Below, piece after piece: positions 26,673 through 38,094 of a stretch of 49,314 nucleotides of DNA. The notes under the pieces are model-generated. The model was not told the origin of the DNA. It worked only from the letters and a program-made list of their open reading frames with translations, and searched no databases. Position numbers and translations under genes: made by a program. Numbering within the stretch: position 1 is the first letter of the stretch; every line of letters starts with the position of its first letter. The stretch comes from Bigelowiella natans CCMP2755 (taxonomy: Eukaryota; Protista; Cercozoa). The stretch lies in contig ADNK01003262.1 in NCBI GenBank assembly GCA_000320545.1, positions 1 through 49,314 on the forward strand, written 5' to 3'.

Positions 26673-29600
26673 TACAACATATATAACAACAATAATAACA
26701 GCAAGCACGAAGAAGACATAGATAGATAGATAGATATATGTACCAACATTATAACTACAAAATAACAAAATGAAAGCAGCATTAAATCATCTAAACCATG
26801 ATGTTTTAGGTTGTGCGCTACATAGAATGGAAACAATTTTAATTGCAACTCTTAAGCATTATGAGAATTCTTGATAAAACTATTATCGAAGAAATAGGAA
26901 TACCGTAAGGAACATATGATCAACTTTGTTGATGAATTTACATCTTGGAACGAATCGACATTACGCATTTTCTCTTCATACTAAATGAAAGAAAGAAAGA
27001 TTAATAAATTATGTTTTTTAAATATTTAATTGGGCCAGATATCATTTACAATCACATATTACTTATACTTTGAAATACCGTAGGTGTGTGTGAATAAATT
27101 TATATGCTAGAACTACTAAAATTCCCCACATTTCTTTCTCCCTCTTCTAATATGTATTGCACACTCCTCAACAACCGAAGTCTTTCCATAGATAGCAACC
27201 GCTCCAAAGTCGTTTTCAAAATCTGAAACTAATGCCTCAATTACATCCTATAAGATATTATATATTGATCAATAAATGATGTACAAAACAATAAAAAAGA
27301 TAATTAATATGTGAGAAAAAAGGACTGTTGAAATCACAAATAAGGGGATAATAGCGCACCATTACGTTGTGACATGGGGAAGATAATCTCGCATAATAAT
27401 TTAATCCCAAGTATCATGAAGAAAATAGAAAGCATGATATAACACACACGCACACACACACACACGCACACATACGGGGAGACCATACCCTCGTGTTCGG
27501 TTAGATAATTCCTATGATAAATTTCTACCACTGCAAGATGAAAATTGTAGAATAAATATTCACCGTATGATGTGCAAAGACTATTAATTTCTCGCCAGTT
27601 TGTAAAAAATCCTTGATCCTGGCAAAGAAAGAAACTATATTAGTTGTTAAAAGAAAACTAGATGTTTAAAATACCATTGCTGCATAATGGGCATTTTCAA
27701 TGAGTTTGCAATGTCCCTCAACACCTGCAATAATCATTATATTTTAATATTATCTTACTTTAAATGAAATAGCGAGATTTATCATCGAGAAAACATAAGA
27801 AAAACTGCCCATATCGGCACTTATCCTTCATATAAGCTCAAATACACTTTTAACAATTTCTGAGACAAATCTCGCTTATCATTAGGAGGAGAGAAATAGC
27901 CGATATGATTCCCCAGCATATATATGTGGGCTGCTTGCTTCCACGTACGAAATCTCATATATTATTGACACACACGATGATTTACTGCTGGTCCTACTAC
28001 TATTACTAGACTTACTACCTGCATCCTAACAAGATGTTTTGCAGAATTAGCAGCTAAGGCTCTGTGTAAATCTGCAGCAGCAGCAGCAAAAGTATTATCT
28101 GATTATTCTGGGGGATAATTGATTAACAATACATTTTGGATGATAGAACGAGCACAGTAATTAAATTACTTGTTGAGAAATAACATTATTTACGTCAGGC
28201 TTAGCGAAAGTGCTTTCAAGCACTATATATATCTTGTCTTATTGTCGACCAATACTACTCACAACATTTTCTGAAAGCACTATATTCTTGTCTTATTATC
28301 GACCAATACTACTACTCACAACATCTTCTCCTTCCCTCTCATCGTGACCTCCTCTCATACAGAGTCGGCTATTAGATCCATCCAACACTATCACTACTTT
28401 ACATTAATTCTATGTTACCATCTCTTGCATTTTCATCTTCTTCAACGATGCTATCGATGTCTATTTGCATCTTCTGCGCTTCATCCTCCAAATAGCGCAC
28501 CTTTGAAGAACAAAATCGATTTATTCTTGAAAGATGACTAGAAGAATAATGTACAAGAATAGAGACAAGCAGATTTGAGCGGCAATCGACAAAAGGCACA
28601 AAATCTTTCACGAAAGAATAATTCAACTTAATAGAAGTAACACGGAACATAGGAGAGTAAATAAATTACTCCAAAAGTGAGTGATTCTACGAATAATAGC
28701 AGGCAGATGTTCTCGTATTAAGAGACTCAAATAGTACAATGAGTGGAATAAATAAGAGAGAAGGCTAAGAGATTGATGGATATTCTGCCTGCCTTTATTA
28801 TATCGGTATACTTGTTCTTGTAAAAGAACAATCATACATCATCATCTTCACGATCATTTCAATAATCGCATTTATTTCGTCGTCCATTGTGGAGTAAATT
28901 ATTAACATTACCACGTCCTTTTGAGCTCTATTGTAGTTTGTCACCATCTTTGTATCTTTAATCTCTTCCTCAGAAATGGTTATATCAACCCACGTAAGTG
29001 GAGGCAAGTCCAACAAAACTTGTTCCTTGGTCCTTCGAATATAGCATGATGAGCGTAGCTTTGAATTAAGTTCGTCCAAGTTGGAACCTAGTCGTCATCA
29101 CATAAGAATAAATATTTGATGGAGGTATGTGCAGAAATACTACTTATGCAACCAGCCAGTCATTCTTGAACAAATAAAAAAATGAACCACCTATCATATC
29201 AACCTTAATGACAGATATAACAAAATGTACAACCTCCATCAATATGCCATCCAAATCGATCGCGATAAGCTTGGCAATATCGACGCACAAATTTTAACCA
29301 CCTTTCGTCACACAGCAAGCAGTGCATTTATTACCTCTCACGCAGGGACAATTGTTGATGACGAAACAGATGCCATGAATCACAAAAATAGTTGGAAATA
29401 AACCCATACTAAGGATGTTGTTCTCTTAAAGAGTGGGTGGCTATCCAACAATTATTATTCCAATAAAACATACAATTACTACCCTCCAAACTCATTAAGC
29501 CTTCCCATTATTTTCAACGGGTTTATAATATCGCTTGGTCTTAAAAAAAAATGGAGATTGGAGTAATTGTAGAATGTTATTGGTTCCATCAAGTTGATAA

Positions 29601-29805
29601 GACGAGCATTGATTTCTATGAGTGTTGTTTAAAGTTAAATTTACATTACTAGCATGTGTTTATCAAGTTGCGTTCTCATCACCAGCATAGGAAAGAAATA
29701 GTACGCATTACCACTTCTTAAAATGCTGCTTATAGTTCAATTACGACGATTGTTACTATACATATTTTCACATCGCGACTTCAATGAATAGTGCAGAATT
29801 ATCTA

Positions 29806-29838
<33 letters not shown>

Positions 29839-31020
29839 CTATTGACAACAGGAGTACCAGTGAGCATTAAAAGTAACGGGTTATCGTTTTGTTTTCGTAC
29901 GGCATCGGCAAGTTTTTTGGCTGCTTTAGATCTTTTTGCAGAAGCATTTCGAACGTAATGACACTCATCTAGGATGATAGAGCGGGTGATTCCGCTCAAC
30001 TCACTTTCCCATGACTCAAGTATTTCGTAATGTAGTAGATATATGTCAGCTACATCTTCTCCTCTTTCCAAACCATTGTCATCATTGCCATTGAACTTCA
30101 CATCGTCGCTTGTGTCTTCTGGGTGCCCTTCGCAAATCACATTTGATAGGAGATATTGTATTAACCGTTGTTGCAGATCAGCCTTTTTCCCGGTCCGCTT
30201 GAGATTATATCCGGCAAGTTCATACGAAAGCTCCTTTACCTTTAATTGCTTCACCTGACTTTCTATCAATAGCTTGTACCGCCGAGGAGGAGTAGATGAA
30301 GGTGGAATGGCTATTAGGTACTTGTGTTGCTGCTGGTCATCGTTATGATTGCTCGCCAATTTTTTCATTCTTCCTTCAGTTTTATTCTTCTGTCTTCTTG
30401 CTGACAGCACTCTCACAGACCTATGGGGGAGCCATTGTTTTATATGTCTTTCCCAATGCTTCTTAGTTACCAGAGGCGTAACGATTATTGCTGGGTAAAT
30501 TGCCGCATCGTTTTCCTCCTCCTCGTCGTCAACTTCGCCATTGATGTGGCTGATTGGCGTTGATACGTTCGCAGCCTCAAGGCATGCCAAAGATTGAACA
30601 GTCTAGTTGAATTTCAAATTTGCCGTCACAATCATCGTTGTCGAAAGTGTGAAAATAACTTTATAATTTTAATACTAATGTTGCTGTTGTCGATCATCAT
30701 TAACTTCATGGCCCACCACCAGCAACATCGTATGGAATTATTATTAAAAGAATCTAATCCGAGTTTACTTTATAATCATCGGAAAAAAGAAAATTAGATA
30801 TAATAGCATTAAATTCTCCATTCCCCTTGTATCATAAGTAGTATATCTATTAAATTTATGATTATTATTAGCAACATTATCATTTTGTGATGATACCTTT
30901 CCAGTGCCCATCTCATCAGCGATAATGCATCGGCGCGAATGTAGCACGTAGGTCACGGTAGCTAACTGATAAGGGCGAAGCTTTCCATTAAGCCCTTGGA
31001 TGATGGACGCGGAAGGATAC

Positions 31021-31071
<51 letters not shown>

Positions 31072-31403
31072 GGTGGGCATGGTGAGCAAGAAATGGCAGA
31101 GCTGAGTTGATAGAGATACCGTTCATGCTCTGAGAATGCCGCTGTGGTGCCGATGATTCGTAATGATGATGATGATGAAGAAGAATAAGAATAAGAAGAA
31201 GACGACGAGGACGAAGGCGATGATGAAGGCGGTACTCCTTTCACGGTTTTCGCACTACCACCGCCTAAACTTGCAAACCAAGAGCGATCTACTGTTCGGC
31301 ATCGAATTTTATGACTAAAGAAAATAAAACTTTGCTGTTTCAGTAATTTTTTTCGCGCTACGATACTTGTGCAACGCCTCTTTTTGACGATGCCCATGAG
31401 CAT
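25973..31403 (-). CDS. SNF2-family (SMARCAL1/HARP-like) DNA helicase/translocase with inserted SAP domain, multi-exon
   Basis: Q motif LRPYQ, motif I ADEMGTGK|T, Ia AIIVTPLVTKKHW, II IILDECHYVRN, III LTGTPVVNR|P, LRSSCYIRRTKEQVLLDLP, and C-lobe LTAASNILFFEQDWSPAIMDQAASRSHRGGQ. SAP motif LKVKELSYELAGYNLKRTGKKADLQQRL at ~30150-30258. First ATG at 31403, stop at 25973. Confidence 0.85.
28218..28329. repeat. ~57-bp imperfect tandem duplication spanning a 5' splice site of the SNF2 gene
   Basis: aagcactatat..tcttgtcttatt(g/a)tcgaccaatactact(act)cacaacat occurs twice. On the minus strand each copy carries atgtt|gtgagtag. Confidence 0.75.
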
Positions 31404-31812
31404 TGTTTGCAGGCGAGGGATTGTTGAATGAAGGGAAGTCAAGTTTTGTTTATAATCTCAAACCGTTGCCGCACTTATTAATTAATTGTTGCGCCAGGTA
31501 TCGACTGAGGTGGATTGGAATGCGGAAGGAGAGTGGAACAAATCATCATCATAGCAGAGGCTGAGTCTATTTTATGCTACTACAGTAACGATAATTTGAT
31601 TAGAGCATCCATTGTGAAGAGGAGGATGATCATCGATGAAGTACTTTAAGATACATGATGAGTAACATTAGTAATATTAATTTGATAGTTCCAAGCTATT
31701 TCCACAGTGCGTCTTCAAATACAAGAAGACGTAAATGCTGTTTTGATGGGTGATGATGATCAAGGTTTATGATTCTATTCCAACAATTATCCATTAGGAG
31801 AACGAACCCAAG

Positions 31813-32092
31813 AACAAGTACACGATCAAAGGAAGAACTACACCACTAACAAGTACACGATCAAAGGAAGAACTACACCACTAACAAGTACACGATCAAA
31901 GGAAGAACTACACCACTAACAAGTACACGATCAAAGGAAGAACTACACCACTAACAAGTACACGATCAAAGGAAGAACTACACCACTAACAAGTACACGA
32001 TCAAAGGAAGAACTACACCACTAACAAGTACACGATCAAAGGAAGAACTACACCACTAACAAGTACACGATCAAAGGAAGAACTACACCACT
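31813..32092. repeat. Minisatellite: 8 perfect copies of a 35-bp unit
   Basis: Unit aacaagtacacgatcaaaggaagaactacaccact starts at 31813, 31848 ... 32058, with no spacers. Confidence 0.97.
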
Positions 32093-32126
32093 ACTCCTGC
32101 CTGCTGCGCTACTACTGGATTTAATA

Positions 32127-32952
32127 ATGAGCCGCCCGGTAATAATTGTGCAGATGAAAAGTAGGTCAGGGTAGGAGGAGTAGGTGGATGACGCAGGCAC
32201 GAATTGCACCACCACCACCACCACACCTTCCTCACAATGGTGGTCGAACATCAATCAGGAGCATACGGCACCAGCGGAGCGATTTTATAATAAACGTGAG
32301 GCGCATAAGGTTGATGAAGCTATATTTTTGTCCTAGGTTTAGCATATATATATTTATCATACAATTTGGCAGCTGTAATCACATACTTACTTTCTTGTAC
32401 AATAATACTACCATGAAAATAGTACACAGAGAGCGGACGACTGGTCCAAATTCAAAGAAGTATGGCCAAGCGGGCCGTCGAGCTGCTCAACTTACCGAAG
32501 GTGGTTATTATATAATTGACGAAACGAGAGAACAGTACTGTGAATATTCAAGCTTCATCCCCACCATAACTAGGTCTTCGTATCGTTGTACATACTAAGC
32601 CCTTATAATAACTCCTCCTCCTCCTCCTTTAACTTTGATGGCATACTATTATCCTTTTACCACTGCTAATGATAATAAATAAATAAATACTACAGGGGAA
32701 ATCGTGCCTGCTGCTCGATATCGGTTGTGGGTCTGCGATCAGCAGTGAGGTAGCACATCAGTATGTATATATTACAGACTTTTGCTACAACGAAGGAATG
32801 AATGAATGGCTAATATGATAATGATGATGTTGATGATGATGATGATGATATATTGTTTGGTTAGTGCGTCACTATTATCATTCTTACAGCAAATATCGAG
32901 GGAAGGACACGTATGGTTTGGCTGTGACATCAGCAGGTGAGAAGCTTGGAAG

Positions 32953-33046
<94 letters not shown>

Positions 33047-33476
33047 CGATGTTAGAGCTTGCAAAGAACCGTTCTTCATCCAAGGTATGTATCATCATCG
33101 TCATCTATGCAGCAGATGCTGGGTGATGATGATGATGGGATGGGTATGGGTGGGTGGTGCTGACGACAGCCAACTGAAGAATAGTAACATGGAATTTTTT
33201 GTACTAATAAGAGTAACTCCCTCCTACTCCTCTCACGGGTTTGTTTGCAGTATTTATGATACGTTTCCGCCTGCTCATAATGATTCATTGTAAATCCAAT
33301 GATATGATGACAACTTAGGGAGATCTAGCGGAAGTTGATATGGGCGTCGGGATCCCATGCAGGTGAAAACAAGCTAGCGCAATGATACAACGATGAGCGG
33401 ATTTAGAGTGATGATGTATGTTGTAGTGTTGGAACTTCCACCTCCTCCATAATTACTAAACACATATTCATGATTT

Positions 33477-33512
<36 letters not shown>

Positions 33513-34070
33513 TGTATTGAATCATTCATAAGCATGCATATCTATGTGTAATATTTATTATTATATGTGACTTCTTCCTACTAGATCTGGTTCATTCGAC
33601 GGAGCAATAAGCATCTCAGCAGTGCAATGGTTGTGCGTCAAGCAAACACCGAGTAAGTAAGTGCGTATTATGGTGATGATAATGATGATGATGATGTTGA
33701 TGATGATGATGACGACGACGGGAATGCTGCTACACAGTGGAAGTAATGATGATGATGATAATAAATATTACACAGCCAACCTGCCTGCTGTTCATATTCT
33801 GTAACGGCACCTGATAGCTATTATTATTAGTATTATTGTTGTTATTGTTATTAATATTATTATTTTTACCGAGAGTCGAACAGCAGCAGCTTACATTTTT
33901 TAAAATAACAACGAATACAAACACAGCATTGCGTAGTAAACTTATATTACATACCAAATATATGTAAGAAAGAAGGTTAAAATGAAGAGATTGAAGATGA
34001 GTGTGGGAGAGCAGAGAGGAACACGCCAAGTTAGCTTCATTATTATTAATGCCTTTGTACATTGCATATT

Positions 34071-34107
<37 letters not shown>

Positions 34108-34108
34108 A

Positions 34109-34150
<42 letters not shown>

Positions 34151-34619
34151 TGTGCGCGCGCGCGTGTGTGCTTGATAGTTACCTGCTGAGCTACGATGGG
34201 CTAAATAAATTATTATGATTAGGATTATAATAATGATGATGATAATGACGATAATGATGATAATGACGATCAATCGTTATCAGCTCAGAATCCGACCCGC
34301 CGTCTGAACAAGTTCTTCAAAAGCTTGTAATAGTAACAACAACTATCATGTGGATAGAAACAGCAGCAGCAATAGTAGTAGCACCGCCAGCAGCAGCTTT
34401 CTGGGAACACGCGTGAGTTGTGTCTTCCTTCTAATTATCATCAATACTGGTCAAATCGGGTCAAATCGATTGCTGATATTGTAAATGAAGTAGTTTAAAA
34501 AAATGTCATTACAAACATAATCATTTCTATTATTGAAGTGATACACCTTAACATCAACAAGTTTGAGTCATATTTTTTGGTGATGGGAAGAGATTCAACA
34601 AAGAGAGTTGTATAGATGT

Positions 34620-34659
<40 letters not shown>

Positions 34660-35943
34660 TAGCATCTATCTATCTATATTGCTTTGATGAGTATTAAAAT
34701 AGTAGCATAACCTCGTAGAAAGAATATCAATAACTAGAAAGAAGAATCCACGAATCAGTAATCAATATATAATATCCCAGGAGGCGATGTTTAGTATTTG
34801 ATGGCAGAGCAGCACTTCAGTTATACCCTGAGGTGGTGTTTGACATAGGATGACTGTTACAATGCCACAGAATAGTTAAGTAATTCATCTTCGGTAGTAT
34901 CCATCCACCATTGTAAGTAAGTAAGTAATAGCAGGAAAACAACATTTTCATTTTTTAAGTATGTATATGTCGGAAGAAGAAGAAGAAGAAGCTGTGAATA
35001 AGTTGGATGCTGTTTTTTGTAGAACCCAGATCAAATGAATGCGATATTAGCAGCTGCAAAGAAGGCAGGATTTGACGGTAGTAAACGGGTTGATGTTCAA
35101 AAGTATTTTGTCAATAGTAGATGATTTCCTGTCGCGTCTGTTTTGTGTTACATCAGCATCAGCATCATCATCATCATCATCCTCACAATCATTATTATCA
35201 TCATTAAGTCAGCAGAAGGATATTGATCATTATAATCAAAATTCTGAGCAATAATATCTCAACGTCTCATCATTCATCACCATCATCCTCATCATGGAAG
35301 GAAGATACATATCTAATATCTCAGGAGGTCTAGTCGTCGACTACCCTAGGAGCATGAAAGCGAAGAAATTCTATCTTTGCCTTTGGAAGAGGGATACCAA
35401 ACGTGCGAAACGGGATCACATTTGGAGTAGTATCAATGGAACGACAAAGGTAGTAGTTTGTGAGAGGATGATCTGCTCGAATATTATCATACTCAATTTC
35501 GCTCTTAAATTAACCCAATTTAATCGAAATGAACTCCTTAAGACATCATGACCTTTGCGTAACAATATCCTCGGTTCGACCATCATTTTTTCTTTGTTAA
35601 ATGATGATTGGGTTTTTAACTCGGCTATTTATTAGGGTACTAGTTTTTTTCGTTCTCTCAACCAGCAGCATTTCACGTATTCCTTTCCTTTGTTTGAATT
35701 ATATTCAAGAAAAAAAATATGAAGGAAATTAACATGGTGGGGACCCTTTCAACGTATAAGAATGAAGCAAACAAAAAATCTAAAAATAAGAAATTAGAGT
35801 TAGACACTAGTAGCAACACTAGTAGCAGGAAAAGGAATAAGAAAAAGAGCCCTCCACATCATGGCCCTGCTACCACTACTACTGCCACCGTTTCAACTTC
35901 GCATTTGAGGGCGAATCGTAAGAAAAAAAGGAAAAAGAGATGA
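32127..35943 (+). CDS. BUD23: 18S rRNA m7G methyltransferase BUD23/WBSCR22, many small exons
   Basis: Spliced by eye: MSRP (32127-32138) | EHTAPAERFYNKREAHK | YTESGRLVQIQRSMAKRAVELLNLPK | GKSCLLLDIGCGSAISSE | ..GHVWFGCDIS | AMLELA | GDLAEVDMGVGIPC | SGSFDGAISISAVQWLC | NPTRRLNKFFKSL | RAALQLYPE | NPDQMNAILAAAKKAGFD | GGLVVDYPRSMKAKKFYLCL. Lys-rich last exon ends at 35943 (3' end less certain). Confidence 0.92.
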
Positions 35944-36068
35944 AACCTTGGCACATCGCCTAGCTAGCTAGCTAGCTAGCTAGACCTTGGTAATGTTCGA
36001 GCAAAATAAAGCAATCTAGCTAGCTAGGCGGTACCATAATGACATGTTTATCACGTACATATGGATAC

Positions 36069-36237
36069 CTGTAGCCGCTGCATTGCACAGCTACATTAGG
36101 ATGACCATTGAAAAAATTTAAACATCCGTGTCATCACATATGGATACCATGCTAGCATGTATGTGAGACGGATGTGATGAAGAATCAAATTTTTTCAATG
36201 GTCATCCTGATGTAGCTGTGCAATGCAGCGGCTACAG
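36069..36237. repeat. Inverted repeat / fold-back of the LINE-like 3' end (53-bp arms)
   Basis: 36069-36121 is the reverse complement of 36185-36237 with 2 mismatches. The loop also pairs (acatccgt..cacata / tatgtgagacggatgt, central palindrome catgctagcatg). Confidence 0.92.
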
Positions 36238-36838
36238 CGCTAATGTTGCATCTGTTGGTTTCTGCCACAATGTGTTTCATGCATTTGAAAGCGTCCTCAT
36301 GCGACCGATGTTGCCGCGCACTGCGCGCAGCAGTTCTGGATTCAATTTCAGCCTTTGTCAACCGGTTCGTGTCGTCGTTGCGATTCATGATCGCGCGCAT
36401 TTGATTGCGCAATCTGATTTGTTCTCGACCATGCATTGGACATTGCAGGAGATGATCCATGTCCTTCAGGATGCCACATGCATCGCACGTGGCATCTTCC
36501 TCTGTGCATTGTCCACGTGACAGCATGAATTTGCCAAGATTGCCGACACCACAGATGGCGCGCATCCATGATGTAGCAACACTTGGAAGTTTCAGTTTGA
36601 TGCCGGTGATCGAAGATGACGGGAGGAAACCAAGATTCTTGAGATGCACAGCGCGCAATGAATCATTGGACCATTCCTCTTCGAATTCGTTGAAAGCACA
36701 AGATTTCATCACCTTGTGATGTTTTTTCAGTTCTTTTTTCAGCGCCTCTGTTGTCGCCAAAACGGTGGGCAATTCGTCACCTAACAAGTCGTCAGTGATC
36801 GATTTGAGCCGTCGAAACAAGGATGCATGTATGTACAT
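36185..36838 (-). mobile_element. Degenerate 3' fragment of a non-LTR retrotransposon (LINE-like ORF2 C-terminus)
   Basis: C-x2-C-x7-H-x3-C zinc knuckle (CDACGILKDMDHLLQC) preceded by WMRAICGVGNLGKFM, typical of the region after the RT domain in LINE ORF2. Intronless, no RT domain in the window, and its 3' end recurs at 24648-24705 and 36069-36121. Confidence 0.65.
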
Positions 36839-37290
36839 GTGTGTTAAATTGTTAGCATTAGACAGACATCTACACGTACATGCTACATGGATGCTATCTA
36901 GCTAGCGAGGTGCACATGCATGTCGATCGGCGGTGAATAATTCATTCGTGCGATGCTAGGATGCCTAGCTAGCTAGCTAGCTAGCTAGCTATTTGCTCTA
37001 GAGCTAGCAAGATCATAGATGTGCGGCCTAGCTAGCTAGCATCGTAGCCGGCCTGTCGATGCAGCATGCCTATCTTACAGACACATTTCTGTGATCTGTA
37101 AGCTGTGCTTAACTGCGTGCACTACATACACGTCTAGACGTGCGAAACCACACGCTCGCAAGCTAGCAGTACAATATACCAGCTAACCTGGTCGATGTAC
37201 GACATGTCTAGATGTGCGTTCCGCCCAGCAGCACTACTAGCTAGCTAGACTAGACTAGTAGAGCATGAAGAAGATTGGAAAACTCGGTTA

Positions 37291-37350
37291 CAGTAGCAAG
37301 ATGGCATTCATATTAGCATACAATAGCAGGATGGCATTCATACTAGCATA
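37291..37350. repeat. 30-bp tandem duplication with three transition differences
   Basis: cagtagcaagatggcattcatattagcata / caatagcaggatggcattcatactagcata. Confidence 0.9.
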
Positions 37351-37905
37351 GCTAGATAGGCGCGCATCTTGCTATAGTAGCCAGAAGGCACCCGAAAGAT
37401 ACGATTTTTGAGCATTGAAACGAATTAGAGGGCAATAAACGGATCTTACATCTCAGATGGCCATTGGAAAATGCAGAGACTTTCATCTTGTTTGAAATTG
37501 TTGTTCCAACTACCCTCATTACTGTGAACACATGCTTCTAGACTGCAATGTTTATCAAAAGATAGATGTTCCCAGTGTTTTGATGGATTGTAAAATAAGA
37601 TAAATACGCAAGGATTTCATTCTTAACTCCAATTCGTAACGTTTCACCCATTCACCCATCTTCCTCTGATAGTAATCCCAAATATGATAATCAAAACTAT
37701 TGGTTTTCGGTTAAACGAAAGCCAATTAAAAAACCCTGCTTCATCCACCCATTTTAAAGAATTGTGTATCTAGCTACTAGCTGGTGCGATACCATAATAT
37801 GTCAAGAATGTAGGAGCATATATCTACAGATTCATCGAGGAATTGGTACTAAATTTTGACATTGTGAAGTGAATGTACAGGTAGGCTAAGCCATGGGAAA
37901 GGCAT

Positions 37906-38094
37906 TTATGCCTGGGAGTTAGGTCCACGCTTCTTTCCAGGCCCGGTGGACACGTTCACATAGCGCCTGTTGTACTGCATACGCTTGAAAGCACGTCCTC
38001 TAGGCTTTTTCTTTTTCACCGTTTTGTTAACTTTAGCGGTTTGGTTCTTGACCTTTCCAGCACGAGCAAGCGATCCGTGTACTTTTCCTGCCAT
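37906..38094 (-). CDS. RPS30: 40S ribosomal protein S30 (eS30), no ubiquitin-like fusion
   Basis: [22 protein letters not shown]...[22 protein letters not shown]...GKKRGPNS; single coding exon. Confidence 0.97.
   Translation of the reverse strand: MAGKVHGSLARAGKVKNQTAKVNKTVKKKKPRGRAFKRMQYNRRYVNVSTGPGKKRGPNSQA

Larger units (their letters stand above)
35950..37400. repeat. CTAG-rich, TpA-depleted island 3 (between convergent BUD23 and RPS30 ends), containing a LINE-like relic
   Basis: (CTAG)6 at 35960-35983 and 36965-36988. Only one TpA counted in 36243-36780. Confidence 0.8.

Noticed and set aside
31813-32092. CRISPR-like array (35-bp repeats)
   Set aside because: Units are head-to-tail with no unique spacers, there are no cas genes and the context is eukaryotic. 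It is a minisatellite.
36185-36838. Penelope-like element, suggested by the inverted terminus
   Set aside because: No GIY-YIG or RT motifs are visible. The CCHC knuckle fits a LINE ORF2 C-terminus better.
35950-37400. CpG/CHG methylation decay or classical fungal RIP as the cause of the CATG/TGCA/CTAG excess
   Set aside because: CpG is plentiful and TpA is depleted rather than enriched. RIP would raise TpA and remove CpA.
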